From a virus, in IMG/VR virus record IMGVR_UViG_3300022699_000232, positions 10,288 to 74,287 of that record: a DNA stretch of 64,000 nucleotides; one strand, given 5' to 3'. The notes below the pieces were generated by a model, which saw only the letters and a list, made by a program, of their open reading frames with translations, was not told the DNA's origin and searched no databases. The position numbers and the translations under genes are program-made. Of the stretch, positions 1 to 8,987 are shown one piece after another (the stretch's first letter is position 1; each line of letters starts with the position of its first letter).

Positions 1-2054
1 GTGAACGACTCTGTGTCCGCTGCCGGACGTGGGATTGGATCAATACCCCCGGCCGGGTCGGCAACAAGCGCACCGACAGTTTCTAGTGGGAGCAGAGAAG
101 CAACGATGGATGCGTCGTCTGAGCCGGCTCCATTAATGATGCTGAAGACGAAGCCGATTAGCAACGGAAAGCTGGTGTCGACTCCACGCGGAAGCGAGAA
201 CTGTGCGTAGATGGCATCACCGGCAGCGGTCATTTGACTGTTCTTAACCTTGTGGTTCCAGCCTGTAGGAGCGCCGCCGCTGCCGACAGCAATCGTAGCG
301 TCTGCTACCTGACCCGACTCTCCGAATTGATTACCACCAGCAAGCAGCGTCTCTCGAAAACGGCTGCGTCCGAAGAAGGCGTGCGTGCCATCGTCCTTGA
401 ACTCCGAATGGTTCGGGTGGAGCTTTACCGTTTCGATGATCGGAGCAGAGGTCAAAGCGTTGACGTTGCGTACTCGTGACCAGTAGAGATTCTGGCCGTT
501 GATGGTCTTCTTAGCCCAGGTGGTTGTTCGGTCGATTCCGTAGAGAACTTGGTCGTCGCTGTTGTCGCGAATCAGATGGAAGTTCCCGTATCGATGGAAC
601 AACTGTGAGTGGTAGCTCATCGCACCGATCTCAACCCACGCCGCTCCATCCCAGATTTCAAAGACGAAACTGCGAGTGTCGAAGTCGACTGCTCCGGTGG
701 CGACCTCTAGATTCACGCCCCAGTGCTTTAGCACGTCTGTGCCGTCATCGAGCAACGACCCGAACAGGATTGAATGATTGGTGCCTGTGCCTTGCATGGT
801 GAACGTTGAGCCCGAAACAGACTGCGACTCACTGGACACGTCGATAAGATTACCGCCATCTGACGTCGAACCAGCGGTCCCATCGGTTGTGATTACCACG
901 GTACCGCGTCTGTAGGCGTCACCCTCTCCGAAGGTCGCCGAGGCTCCTCTCTCGGCGTGTCCCGTAACTAGCTCACCCCAGGTAACGAAGCCCTCGTCGC
1001 CGACGCTCCTGTCGATGATCGTGAGGAAGAATCCAGGTGAGTTTAGCCATGCACCTGGAGCGTCAATAGAGTCGACACGGCCTTCACTGAGCAGCCATGT
1101 GAAGTCTGCCGTGGTCAGCCCAGAATCGACCTTCACATCGGTGGTGACGACATCTGTGTTGATGCTAAGTGAATTGAGGCGGACAGTGGCACTGTCGCTA
1201 GTAATTCTAACGCCGTTGTCGATGCTGCCGACGCCACCGAATAGCGTAGACGTCATCTGAAGGTTACCCGCGCCGATCATGATTGCGTCCGTTAGGACCC
1301 CAGATCCCACGAATGACAGGTTTCGGCAGACACACAGACCGCCGGTAACTTTCAGACCAGTGGTAGCAATTCCTCCAAGCACATCAAAGCCTGTAATGAG
1401 AGATGCCCCATTACCACTTTGTTCGATGATCGTGTCGCAGGAACCTGCTTCGTAGATCGAGAACCCGATCCCCAAAGAACCGTCGCCTGAGTTTCGGATG
1501 CAGGTGCCGGAACCGCCGTTTCCGATGAACAGGCAGGAGATTACTTCTCCTCTTTCCCCTACAGGCGCAACTACATCTACAGCAGGAGCCGCATCATCAG
1601 GAACTTCGACGGTGAAGCCAATGATGTTAGACCCACCGCTTAGCGTAACGCGAGTTCCAGTAGAGCTACTACCGGTGATGCGGGTACGAAGTGGACGAGG
1701 AGCGGCCAACAAAGTGACATCGGTTGGAACCGTGAAACTCTCCGCATAATCTCCCGGACCAACCCAGATGATCGAACCTGGTTGGGCCTCGTTAATTGCG
1801 TCGGTGATAGTAGTGAACTGCTTCTTCGTCAGTCCGAATACTAGCGTGACTCCAGACACACCGCCGACAGCGCCTTCCGGCGAGATAATCTTCCAGTTGG
1901 CCGCTCCGGTAGTCGAGTCCACCAACTCGTACTGAAAGCGTGTTGACGTGTCGAGCCATCTCCAGCCGAGGACGAATCCCTGCGACTCGTCGTCACTAAC
2001 AGTCGGCGCGACGTTGGTGAGGGTAAGAGAGGCGTCTGTAGGAAAACCGGGCAC
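1..2054 (-). CDS. Tailspike-like virion protein with a probable pectin-lyase-type beta-helix; runs off the window edge and is absent from the ORF track
   Basis: GTG at 2054, 2 nt after the upstream TAG. Reads MPGFPTDASLTLTNVAPTVSDDESQGFVLGWRWLDTSTRFQYELVDSTTGAANWK, then TKKQFTTITDAINEAQPGSIIWVGPGDYAESFTVP, the typical N-cap of parallel beta-helices. The ORF track lists no closed minus-strand ORF here, consistent with an open frame to the edge. Confidence 0.75.
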   Translation of the reverse strand, partial: MPGFPTDASLTLTNVAPTVSDDESQGFVLGWRWLDTSTRFQYELVDSTTGAANWKIISPEGAVGGVSGVTLVFGLTKKQFTTITDAINEAQPGSIIWVGPGDYAESFTVPTDVTLLAAPRPLRTRITGSSSTGTRVTLSGGSNIIGFTVEVPDDAAPAVDVVAPVGERGEVISCLFIGNGGSGTCIRNSGDGSLGIGFSIYEAGSCDTIIEQSGNGASLITGFDVLGGIATTGLKVTGGLCVCRNLSFVGSGVLTDAIMIGAGNLQMTSTLFGGVGSIDNGVRITSDSATVRLNSLSINTDVVTTDVKVDSGLTTADFTWLLSEGRVDSIDAPGAWLNSPGFFLTIIDRSVGDEGFVTWGELVTGHAERGASATFGEGDAYRRGTVVITTDGTAGSTSDGGNLIDVSSESQSVSGSTFTMQGTGTNHSILFGSLLDDGTDVLKHWGVNLEVATGAVDFDTRSFVFEIWDGAAWVEIGAMSYHSQLFHRYGNFHLIRDNSDDQVLYGIDRTTTWAKKTINGQNLYWSRVRNVNALTSAPIIETVKLHPNHSEFKDDGTHAFFGRSRFRETLLAGGNQFGESGQVADATIAVGSGGAPTGWNHKVKNSQMTAAGDAIYAQFSLPRGVDTSFPLLIGFVFSIINGAGSDDASIVASLLPLETVGALVADPAGGIDPIPRPAADTESF

Positions 2055-2056
2055 GC

Positions 2057-2767
2057 CTACACCTCCAACAACGAAGCTAAGATCACAGAGCTAGCAGGGT
2101 TAGAAAGACCGCTCGTTGTGGATGGAAGCGCAGTACCGGTGGTCGTCTGTCTCCTCACAGACAGAAAGTTGGCCGGGTACGTTGCATTCGTCTGAATCAC
2201 ATTAAACTGACCACCAGCGCTTTCTCGAACAATTGCGAGCCAATAGTAACCGCTTTCAGGAACAGTCCAATTGCCCGCCGTGAAGGCAGCAGCAGTGAAC
2301 ACACCCGTGGAAGGTAATGTCAGCGCCGTCTCGCGAATCTTCGCGTTAGGAACTCCTGACCCATTAGACGGATCCGCCTGATCGTAGACGCCCATGCGAA
2401 TATCTTTTGTCGGTCCAGTGGAAGAAGCGACATAAGCCCGCATGGATCCATATTCTCTGCCTACTCGCAGAAACGTCCTGGCATACTGCACCTCATCTGC
2501 TGTGAATCCTCCGGTCGTGCCGTAGAAATAGAGCGAACCGCCTGGTGTAATCACACCAGGTTCCTCAAGATTCGCCTGGATTAGCTCGTTTACGGTAACC
2601 CAAACGGCCGCGCCGGCAGTCGCATCGACGCATTCGAACACCGTATTCGTATCTACGTTCACCCATCGTGAGCCGATATCATAGGCTTGAGTTTCGTCGT
2701 CGTTGACAGTCGGATCAGATGTGGCGTCGAACCTATTGGTGAGCGCGGCATTCGGGGTACGGGGCAT
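2057..2767 (-). CDS. Virion/fibre-associated protein; N-terminal module shared with the 1..2054 protein
   Basis: DPTVNDDETQAYDIGSRWVNVDTNTVFECVDATAGAAVW aligns with the neighbour's N-terminus; beta-rich C-domain; start overlaps the upstream stop (TAATG). Confidence 0.75.
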   Translation of the reverse strand: MPRTPNAALTNRFDATSDPTVNDDETQAYDIGSRWVNVDTNTVFECVDATAGAAVWVTVNELIQANLEEPGVITPGGSLYFYGTTGGFTADEVQYARTFLRVGREYGSMRAYVASSTGPTKDIRMGVYDQADPSNGSGVPNAKIRETALTLPSTGVFTAAAFTAGNWTVPESGYYWLAIVRESAGGQFNVIQTNATYPANFLSVRRQTTTGTALPSTTSGLSNPASSVILASLLEV

Positions 2768-3369
2768 TACGAGGTTGGCTTTTCCTTACAGGTTCGAACG
2801 GTATGCCCCTCCTTGTCGCAACGACTGCACTTGCGAGGCTTCTTCTCAGACTTTTTCTTAGACTTCTTCTCGGACTTCTTGCCGTTCTCGGCCGCCTTCA
2901 GCGCAGCAATGCGGTTCGGCGGACGAGTTCCCGTTGGGCGCGGGGGTCCGAGGCGCTCGACCGTTCCATCAGGCTCCTCCTCGGTGTGTTGGGAAACAGC
3001 CTGACGCTTCGCCTGCTCGTCGTCATAGAGCTTCTTGGTGATCTTGACCGAGGTCTGTAGTGCTTCGACGCGTCCGTGGGCACGTTGCTCCTTTACATCG
3101 GCCTGGATACGCATGTTACGAACGACTTCGGCGGAGCGCTGTAGCCACTTCCGGACCAGGACGAACTGCTCTTCGTCGAGAATCTCGGCGTCCATATCGC
3201 GCTTGGCGTGCGCGATGAGCCCCTCAACAGCCTGTGCGGCAGACCTCAACGAAGTCTTGGCGCCGTCCCATCGATAGATGTCGTGTTGAGCAGACTCAAG
3301 CGCATCATCGAAGCCGGCGCCAAGTTCATGGGCGACCGCCATCTTGACCTCGGACTTGTCGACTCCCAT
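2767..3369 (-). CDS. Coiled-coil protein with Lys-rich tail and C-terminal CCHC zinc knuckle
   Basis: CSRCDKEGHTVRTC matches C-x2-C-x4-H-x4-C; helical body; ATG 3369 follows a GAGGTG RBS (GTG 3375 is an alternative start). Confidence 0.75.
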   Translation of the reverse strand: MGVDKSEVKMAVAHELGAGFDDALESAQHDIYRWDGAKTSLRSAAQAVEGLIAHAKRDMDAEILDEEQFVLVRKWLQRSAEVVRNMRIQADVKEQRAHGRVEALQTSVKITKKLYDDEQAKRQAVSQHTEEEPDGTVERLGPPRPTGTRPPNRIAALKAAENGKKSEKKSKKKSEKKPRKCSRCDKEGHTVRTCKEKPTS

Positions 3370-3397
3370 TACCACCTCACCCTATGGGGTCTTCAGA

Positions 3398-4975
3398 TTA
3401 CGGCTCCTGGCCGTTGACGATCACGGTGACGACGTCGGGGTTACCCGGAGAAGCCTTGATGGTGAACTCGAAGCGGAGATCACCACTAGCGGGGCTAGTG
3501 CCGGGGTAGACGTCCTCGTTCGCAGCGGCGTTCGCGCCATTGCGCAGAAGCGCGCCGTTGTAGAACACGTCGACATCTTCGACGAACGTGACCTGATCGT
3601 AGGCCGGAAGGTCCGTGTCGAGGTTGTTGGCACCGCTCGGACCGTTGACGTCGTTGTCGGCAGTTGTTGTGGACGTCACCACCGCCTGGACCTTGTTCCG
3701 CGCTTCGGCCCTGGCTGCCTGGTAGATCGCGTTCAGCAGTGAGACTTCACCGAACTCAGTTTCGAAGTCGTCCCACTCCTGAGTCGTCTCCGACAGCTTG
3801 ATACCGGTTGTCTGGGCCCAGGTAGAACCAGCCTGGTTACCGTCGTCGAGAAGAAGCTCGCCGGCGCCTAGGATACGAAGATCATCGGCGCCCGTAGTCT
3901 CGACAACTCCAGCGTTGACGCCGATGTCGACCTGAGTCCCGCCTGTATCGAGCGAGGCTCCGTTCGCGAAATCGTTGACCGCCGCATTGTTATCGAATAG
4001 GTCGACATCCGTCCCGAACTCGATCTCACTGGTGCCACCGGAACTCCCCTCGATGATTCGGAGGAGATCGGCTTCGAGATCGTCGCGGATCGACCAGATC
4101 AGTCCAGGGCCTTCAAGATCCAGGGTGGCGTTGGTAGTCAGGTCGACCGGGGTCGTGCCTTGGTTGTCGTAGGCGACCTGACGAGTGACCGTAGATCCGG
4201 CGGGGACATCTACCACAGCGCCGTTAAGGAAGTCGTCTTCGCTCAGATCCTCGTAGCGCACACGCTCGTTCGAGCAGTAGTTGATGACTGCATTTTCGAT
4301 GTCAGACACCGGGCACGCTTCGAGGTCGTCTCCCGTCGCGTTGACCCGGACGAAGCTGATCTGGACACGCGTGGTCGTCGTATCGGTGATCGTTGCGCCG
4401 TCCGTAACACCCGACTCGCCTTGGAGAAGACCGTAGATCTGTCGACCACTGGAGAGAATCGGATCTCGCGTGGCGCCGTCAACGATCACCATCAGGTTCT
4501 TCGGCTTGATCGCGCTAGAGCCCGCAACTTCGTCGAGAGCATGAGTGCCGAAGGTTCCGCCGTGAGCGGCAACCACGGTGCCTAGTGTTGTGACGGCGCC
4601 GACAGCAGCCGTCGTATTCGACGGCAGTTCGCCGGTTCCAAGGATCACGAAATTCTCGCCGGCCCCGACCGTGACGTCTGTCAGGTTGTAGACGCAGCGC
4701 AGGATGCGCTTCTTCTCAACCAGGTGCAGCGCATCGTTTAGATCGCTGACACCGCGCTGGGAGCCCGACTCCAGCGTCGACGGTGTCGTGATGACGTCGT
4801 ACCAGTTGCCCACTTGCACGTCGAGCAGGTGCGAGACCATCGAACGCAGGTTGTTGAGGTCTTCCTCGACGTTGGCCGGGTTGGTCTCGAAGTTCGCCTC
4901 AGAAGGGGCGACGGTGTCATCGAAGACATCGCTCGACTGAATCTGCGTGTCCTGCCGAATGAATGTACGTGCCAT
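3398..4975 (-). CDS. Virion structural protein (525 aa, acidic, beta-rich)
   Basis: Long ORF with GGAGAG RBS; C-terminal VDVFYNGALLRNG...EDVY module related to the 4989 and 35741 proteins. Confidence 0.75.
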   Translation of the reverse strand: MARTFIRQDTQIQSSDVFDDTVAPSEANFETNPANVEEDLNNLRSMVSHLLDVQVGNWYDVITTPSTLESGSQRGVSDLNDALHLVEKKRILRCVYNLTDVTVGAGENFVILGTGELPSNTTAAVGAVTTLGTVVAAHGGTFGTHALDEVAGSSAIKPKNLMVIVDGATRDPILSSGRQIYGLLQGESGVTDGATITDTTTTRVQISFVRVNATGDDLEACPVSDIENAVINYCSNERVRYEDLSEDDFLNGAVVDVPAGSTVTRQVAYDNQGTTPVDLTTNATLDLEGPGLIWSIRDDLEADLLRIIEGSSGGTSEIEFGTDVDLFDNNAAVNDFANGASLDTGGTQVDIGVNAGVVETTGADDLRILGAGELLLDDGNQAGSTWAQTTGIKLSETTQEWDDFETEFGEVSLLNAIYQAARAEARNKVQAVVTSTTTADNDVNGPSGANNLDTDLPAYDQVTFVEDVDVFYNGALLRNGANAAANEDVYPGTSPASGDLRFEFTIKASPGNPDVVTVIVNGQEP

Positions 4976-4988
4976 GCCTTAGCTCTCC

Positions 4989-5285
4989 CTAAACGGGATC
5001 ATAGTCGATAGTTACCACGTCATCCGGTCTCGAACCAGGACGATCTCGCGGGGCTACCGCAAAGGTGATTGTATCGTAACCCGTTCCCGCCCCACCACTC
5101 TCTGAGCGAACGTAGTCGTTTCCCGCGCCCTCTCTTTGGCGCACACCGTTGAAGTAGACTGCTTCAGAACCAGGAGTGAAATCGCTCGCCGTCGTGAAGA
5201 CGGTGTTGGAGTCGTTGATTGCTCCGGTAAGAACTTCACCGTAGACGCGTGTGGATGCTGCTGTTTCTGTAACGCTTAGGAGCAC
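4989..5285 (-). CDS. Small virion structural protein (single 'VxxNG..EG..DY' beta module)
   Basis: GEVLTGAINDSNTVFTT...AVYFNGVRQREGAGNDY...ITFAVAP, a module common in large-phage structural proteins. Confidence 0.7.
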   Translation of the reverse strand: MLLSVTETAASTRVYGEVLTGAINDSNTVFTTASDFTPGSEAVYFNGVRQREGAGNDYVRSESGGAGTGYDTITFAVAPRDRPGSRPDDVVTIDYDPV

Positions 5286-5352
5286 GATTTAGACCGATCC
5301 GAAAGAAAGGCTCACCTGAGATTACCTGGGCCTCCCGAGGGTCTAGCGTCGG

Positions 5353-6414
5353 CTATCGTTCGGGTGCATCAACGATCTTCGCGCCTTGAATGCTCCCGTG
5401 CCGATCTCGGTCGAACTGAACCTCTCGCGACCCCTTCTCGCCCTTGTGGAAGTTCACCTTGATAGCACCTTCGTCGAAGGTGACACTGGGCGGTTGCACG
5501 TTAACCGGAGCGGCGACCTTTACCTCACGCTCCGGGATCTCGAAGTTGTTCTGGACGGCGCCCTTGGCGATCTTGACGACTGTGTCCTTAGAGACCGCGC
5601 CTTCGATCTTTGCCATACGCGCGTCAAGCGTGTGGTAGTTATCCATCAGACGCTCGACGAGTCGCTGCAACGACGAGAACTCTTCGCGGACGATACGCGA
5701 CAGTTCTTCTCGAACAGCGCGGATGATCTCGGTACGCAGAACGGTCGCTAGCTCGGTCTTGATGAGCCGAGGGACCTCCGCACGGATGACCTTGGTTACG
5801 TCGTTTCTACTCTCGGCGAGTAGGTGGCGCTGTGTCGTTGTCAGTGCTGTAGAAGTAGTTGCTGGTTTCGGCGTAGGAGGAGGAGGAGGAGTTCCAACGT
5901 CCTCCTGCTTCGTCGTAGGTCTCGTCTGCTCTGATGGAACCGACTTCTCTGGGGAGGTGCCCCACAAGCCACCCATCCGCTCGAACAGGTTGTCGACGAT
6001 GTCTCGCGCCCGCGAGTCATTCTTCTGCTCGCTCGACGACGTACCTACGAAGTTCGGAAGCGGCCGGGTTGATCTAACTAGGCTGTGCGGTGTCGCCGTG
6101 GAAGACGGCGCCTCTTCATCGAGAAGTTGCGACTCTTCGTCTTCATCCTCATCTTCCTCGATCTCTTCGACGATCTCGTCTTCGATTCCGATGTGGTCGT
6201 TCGATGGCTCGTAGTCAGGTTCCTTGGCTTCCTCTACAACCGGTCGTTCTCCTGTGAGCAGGGTATGCTTGACGTAGGAGGAGAACTCCGTCGGCTCTGG
6301 TGGCGGTGAATCTGCGGGCGAGACGCGCTCGAACAGAGAGCCATGGCTCCGCGACCTGGAGGGAGCGGATCTGCGCATGGGCTCGGTTGGCATGACCCTG
6401 GCGAACAGGCTCAT
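5353..6414 (-). CDS. Hypothetical protein (low-complexity N-half, coiled coil, beta C-terminus); possibly head-associated
   Basis: ATG 6414 preceded by AGGGAG; acidic and Pro/Thr tracts; repeated LF(A/E)R motif; C-terminal EVQFDRDRHGSIQGAKIVD. Confidence 0.65.
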   Translation of the reverse strand: MSLFARVMPTEPMRRSAPSRSRSHGSLFERVSPADSPPPEPTEFSSYVKHTLLTGERPVVEEAKEPDYEPSNDHIGIEDEIVEEIEEDEDEDEESQLLDEEAPSSTATPHSLVRSTRPLPNFVGTSSSEQKNDSRARDIVDNLFERMGGLWGTSPEKSVPSEQTRPTTKQEDVGTPPPPPTPKPATTSTALTTTQRHLLAESRNDVTKVIRAEVPRLIKTELATVLRTEIIRAVREELSRIVREEFSSLQRLVERLMDNYHTLDARMAKIEGAVSKDTVVKIAKGAVQNNFEIPEREVKVAAPVNVQPPSVTFDEGAIKVNFHKGEKGSREVQFDRDRHGSIQGAKIVDAPER

Positions 6415-6736
6415 AGACGCTCCCTGGCGGTTAGAGCATACCACGACCTAACTGTCGAGATCGTATCGCCTTCCACATGGTAGCTTGAGTATTCCTCCCT
6501 TTTCCAGGAGGAGGAGGAGGAAGGGGATCTTCCTCGTTCTGCTTCCTGCGCCCATAATTTTTCTCGCACAGACTACAACCAACTCGGTAGAAATACCCAG
6601 CGCCTATTAGGCGCAACCTCAGAGCGGAAGTGCCTCGGTATCCCCCTTAAAGGGTTACCAACCGTCCTGGACACTGATCGTTCTTTGTTGGACCTCTTGG
6701 TCTGACGGGCAATTAAGCCGGTCGATTGAAAGCGCG

Positions 6737-6769
6737 TTTACGAGACTCGCTCGAAACGAGACTCGTAAA
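6737..6769. repeat. 13-bp inverted repeat (one mismatch, 7-nt loop) in a divergent intergenic region
   Basis: TTTACGAGACTCG-CTCGAAA-CGAGACTCGTAAA; each arm also contains ACGAGACTCG as a direct repeat. Confidence 0.6.
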
Positions 6770-6851
6770 ATCGGACATAGTCCGTCTTTAGATTGACTGT
6801 CCTTGATAACTCGCCAAGAGGTGATTCGTGTCGGCACCCAGGAGGAGATGA

Positions 6852-7394
6852 ATGAGCGGGCTTCAGAGACCAACAACCGTCCAGGAATCTCGCGTTACGG
6901 TCAAAGGCGTCGTCGTCGATCCGCTTGTCGATGTCACTCAACCTGGCGGGCCTTACGACTACGGTGAGGCGATCCTCACAGATGGGGCAGGCAACTACAC
7001 GATTGCCCCCACCCTAAGACCCTATCTGCTCGGGTTTACCCTTCGCGGACCTGTTCCCGATGACGATTACGGGCTCTCCGCCGACTACCAAGGTATCAGC
7101 ACCGCTCGAATGGGGCTTGTACTGCCTTTCCAGGCAAATCTCATTGCCATCACACTCGCCGTCTCGGAGCCCTCGAAGAACTCCTATGTCTTCGAGGTCG
7201 TCCAAGAACCGGCAGAAGAAGCTAAGGTCTTGTCTGGTATCGTGTTAGAGCAGGGCGAGCGGAAGGTTTTCCGTCGCGATCTCAGCGTTGAGATCGAAGC
7301 TGGGTCGGAGCTTGGTGTCTGCGCACGCCTCGAAGGGGGAGAAGGATCGTCGTTCTTTGATGCCGCGATTATTGGCGTCGAGCTTGAGATCTAG
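6852..7394 (+). CDS. Hypothetical beta-sandwich protein, possibly structural
   Basis: GGAGGAG RBS; alternating hydrophobic beta pattern; shares a CTAG stop overlap with the convergent gene. Confidence 0.7.
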   Translation: MSGLQRPTTVQESRVTVKGVVVDPLVDVTQPGGPYDYGEAILTDGAGNYTIAPTLRPYLLGFTLRGPVPDDDYGLSADYQGISTARMGLVLPFQANLIAITLAVSEPSKNSYVFEVVQEPAEEAKVLSGIVLEQGERKVFRRDLSVEIEAGSELGVCARLEGGEGSSFFDAAIIGVELEI

Positions 7395-7918
7395 GACTTC
7401 TTCTTCTTCTTCTTCTTCTTCTTCTGTTTTTTCAGCCGAGGCTTCTTCGTCTTCTTAGGCGGCACGATCTTCGTGCGAACCTTCGACTTCCGCTTCTTGT
7501 TGTCGGTCTGCCCGGAGAGTCCTTTCTGGGCGCCGGACAACGGCTTCGCGACGACCTCCCGCGATTCCTGTTCACCAAAGACCTGGTCTTCTTGGAAACG
7601 GAAGGATGGGTCAGAGTAGTTCGATCCCTCCATCTTCGGAAGCAGCGGACGTGAACTAACATCCTCGATGTCGACTTTCACGGTCCAGGGACGAAGTCGG
7701 TAGAGCAGTCCACAGCACTCTGACTGCGTGTAGCTGATGTCTTGCGGACAGTCCCAGTTGAGAAGCGATCCGCACATCCGGCAGTAGCATCGAAGAGCAT
7801 GCTCGTAGAGAAGCGACTTCCCCTCTTCCAGCTTCTCCGGTTCTCGGAGCCGGAGTAGACGCTCGAATCTCGCTGCACCCGGCCCCCGCTTCGCGTTCGG
7901 GTCTCCTTTAGCGGCCAT
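7391..7918 (-). CDS. Zinc-ribbon protein with very basic C-terminal tail
   Basis: CYCRMCG...ECCG; ends KKPRLKKQKKKKKKKKKS, encoded by a perfect (AAG)9 tract at 7397-7423. Confidence 0.7.
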   Translation of the reverse strand: MAAKGDPNAKRGPGAARFERLLRLREPEKLEEGKSLLYEHALRCYCRMCGSLLNWDCPQDISYTQSECCGLLYRLRPWTVKVDIEDVSSRPLLPKMEGSNYSDPSFRFQEDQVFGEQESREVVAKPLSGAQKGLSGQTDNKKRKSKVRTKIVPPKKTKKPRLKKQKKKKKKKKKS

Positions 7919-7997
7919 ACCTTGATTCTACTTGGGTCGACTCGTGCCGCCAGTTAGGATCGCCCAGGAAGACCCGGGGTTGGCGTGGTGCGGTCTC

Positions 7998-8882
7998 GTG
8001 AAAGAGAGAAAGACCGTGCTGATCCTCAGTGTTGACGGTGGCGGCGTTCGGGGAATCGCCGCGGCCATCTTGCTGCGGCGCCTAGAAGAAGAGGTTCCCG
8101 GGTGGATCGCGAAGGTCGATCTTTTCACAGGTGCGTCGACTGGCGGAATCATCGCGCTTGCGCTTGCCTACGGTCTCCATCCCGATGAGATCGAGCGCTT
8201 CTATCGTGCCGAACTTCCTGAGATCTTCTCTCAGTCTTGGTGGCGGCGGTGGATGGTGCTTTGGCGCGCCAAGTACAGCAACAAGGCGCTGCGCGAGTCG
8301 CTTAGGTCGGTCTTCAAGGACGCACGACTCGGTGATCTCGCACGAGAGACATTGATCTCCACCTACTTCTTGGGATCCAGGGAGCCCTTCGAGCGCGCGC
8401 ATCCTAAGTTCTACTCGCGGCGCCGCAATCCCAAAACAAAGCTCGCAGATCTTGCTCTCTGGACTAGCTCTGCTCCTACGTTCTTTCCGAGCGCAGATCG
8501 TCACGTCGATGGCGGTTTGTCGGCTAACAACTGTGCCGTCTGCGCCATGGCTTTCGCGGATCGTTACGGCGCGTCTTTGAGCGACATGACCGTGCTTTCG
8601 GTGAGTACGGGCCTCTCGCCAATGGTTCTAGAGGGTGGCGACCGAGGGCTCGCTTATTGGGGTCGATCCATTCCCGAGACGTTGATCGATGGTGGGGTCG
8701 ATGTTGCTGACTACCAGGCACGCCACTTCCTGGCCGACGAGGGGACGTATCATCGTCTCCATCCTGAACTTGGGGAGGAGATTCCCCTGGATGATGTCGC
8801 ACGGCTGGACGATCTCTGCGAGTTCGCAGAGAGCGTCGATCTTACTTCTGCTACTTCTTGGCTTGCGGCTCAGGTAGGCTAG
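7998..8882 (+). CDS. Patatin-like phospholipase
   Basis: ILSVDGGGVRG oxyanion loop, GASTG catalytic Ser, SAPTFF, DGGL catalytic Asp. Start uncertain (GTG 7998 preferred; ORF track uses 7932). Confidence 0.92.
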   Translation: MKERKTVLILSVDGGGVRGIAAAILLRRLEEEVPGWIAKVDLFTGASTGGIIALALAYGLHPDEIERFYRAELPEIFSQSWWRRWMVLWRAKYSNKALRESLRSVFKDARLGDLARETLISTYFLGSREPFERAHPKFYSRRRNPKTKLADLALWTSSAPTFFPSADRHVDGGLSANNCAVCAMAFADRYGASLSDMTVLSVSTGLSPMVLEGGDRGLAYWGRSIPETLIDGGVDVADYQARHFLADEGTYHRLHPELGEEIPLDDVARLDDLCEFAESVDLTSATSWLAAQVG

Positions 8883-8924
8883 AGGGTAATAGGCAGTAGT
8901 ACCGACGAAAGTCTGAGGTAACGC

Positions 8925-8933
8925 TGCTATAAT
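8925..8933 (+). promoter_or_regulatory. Extended -10 sigma70-type promoter upstream of the rightward structural operon
   Basis: TGCTATAAT (TGn + TATAAT) in the 105-nt gap, about 55 nt before ATG 8988. Confidence 0.55.
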
Positions 8934-8987
8934 GCTTCGGTCGCCACGACTTACGTCGTAACCACACTCCGCTCTTAGGGGTCGAGC

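Noticed and set aside
6431-6941. Small minus-strand ORFs (61, 73 and 67 aa), or a broken gene across the TAA near 6647
   Set aside because: No RBS, atypical codon usage, partial overlap with better genes and no recognisable motif. A small real gene cannot be excluded.
7998-8882. CBASS defence operon
   Set aside because: No CD-NTase or Cap2/Cap3 neighbours; only the patatin gene is present.
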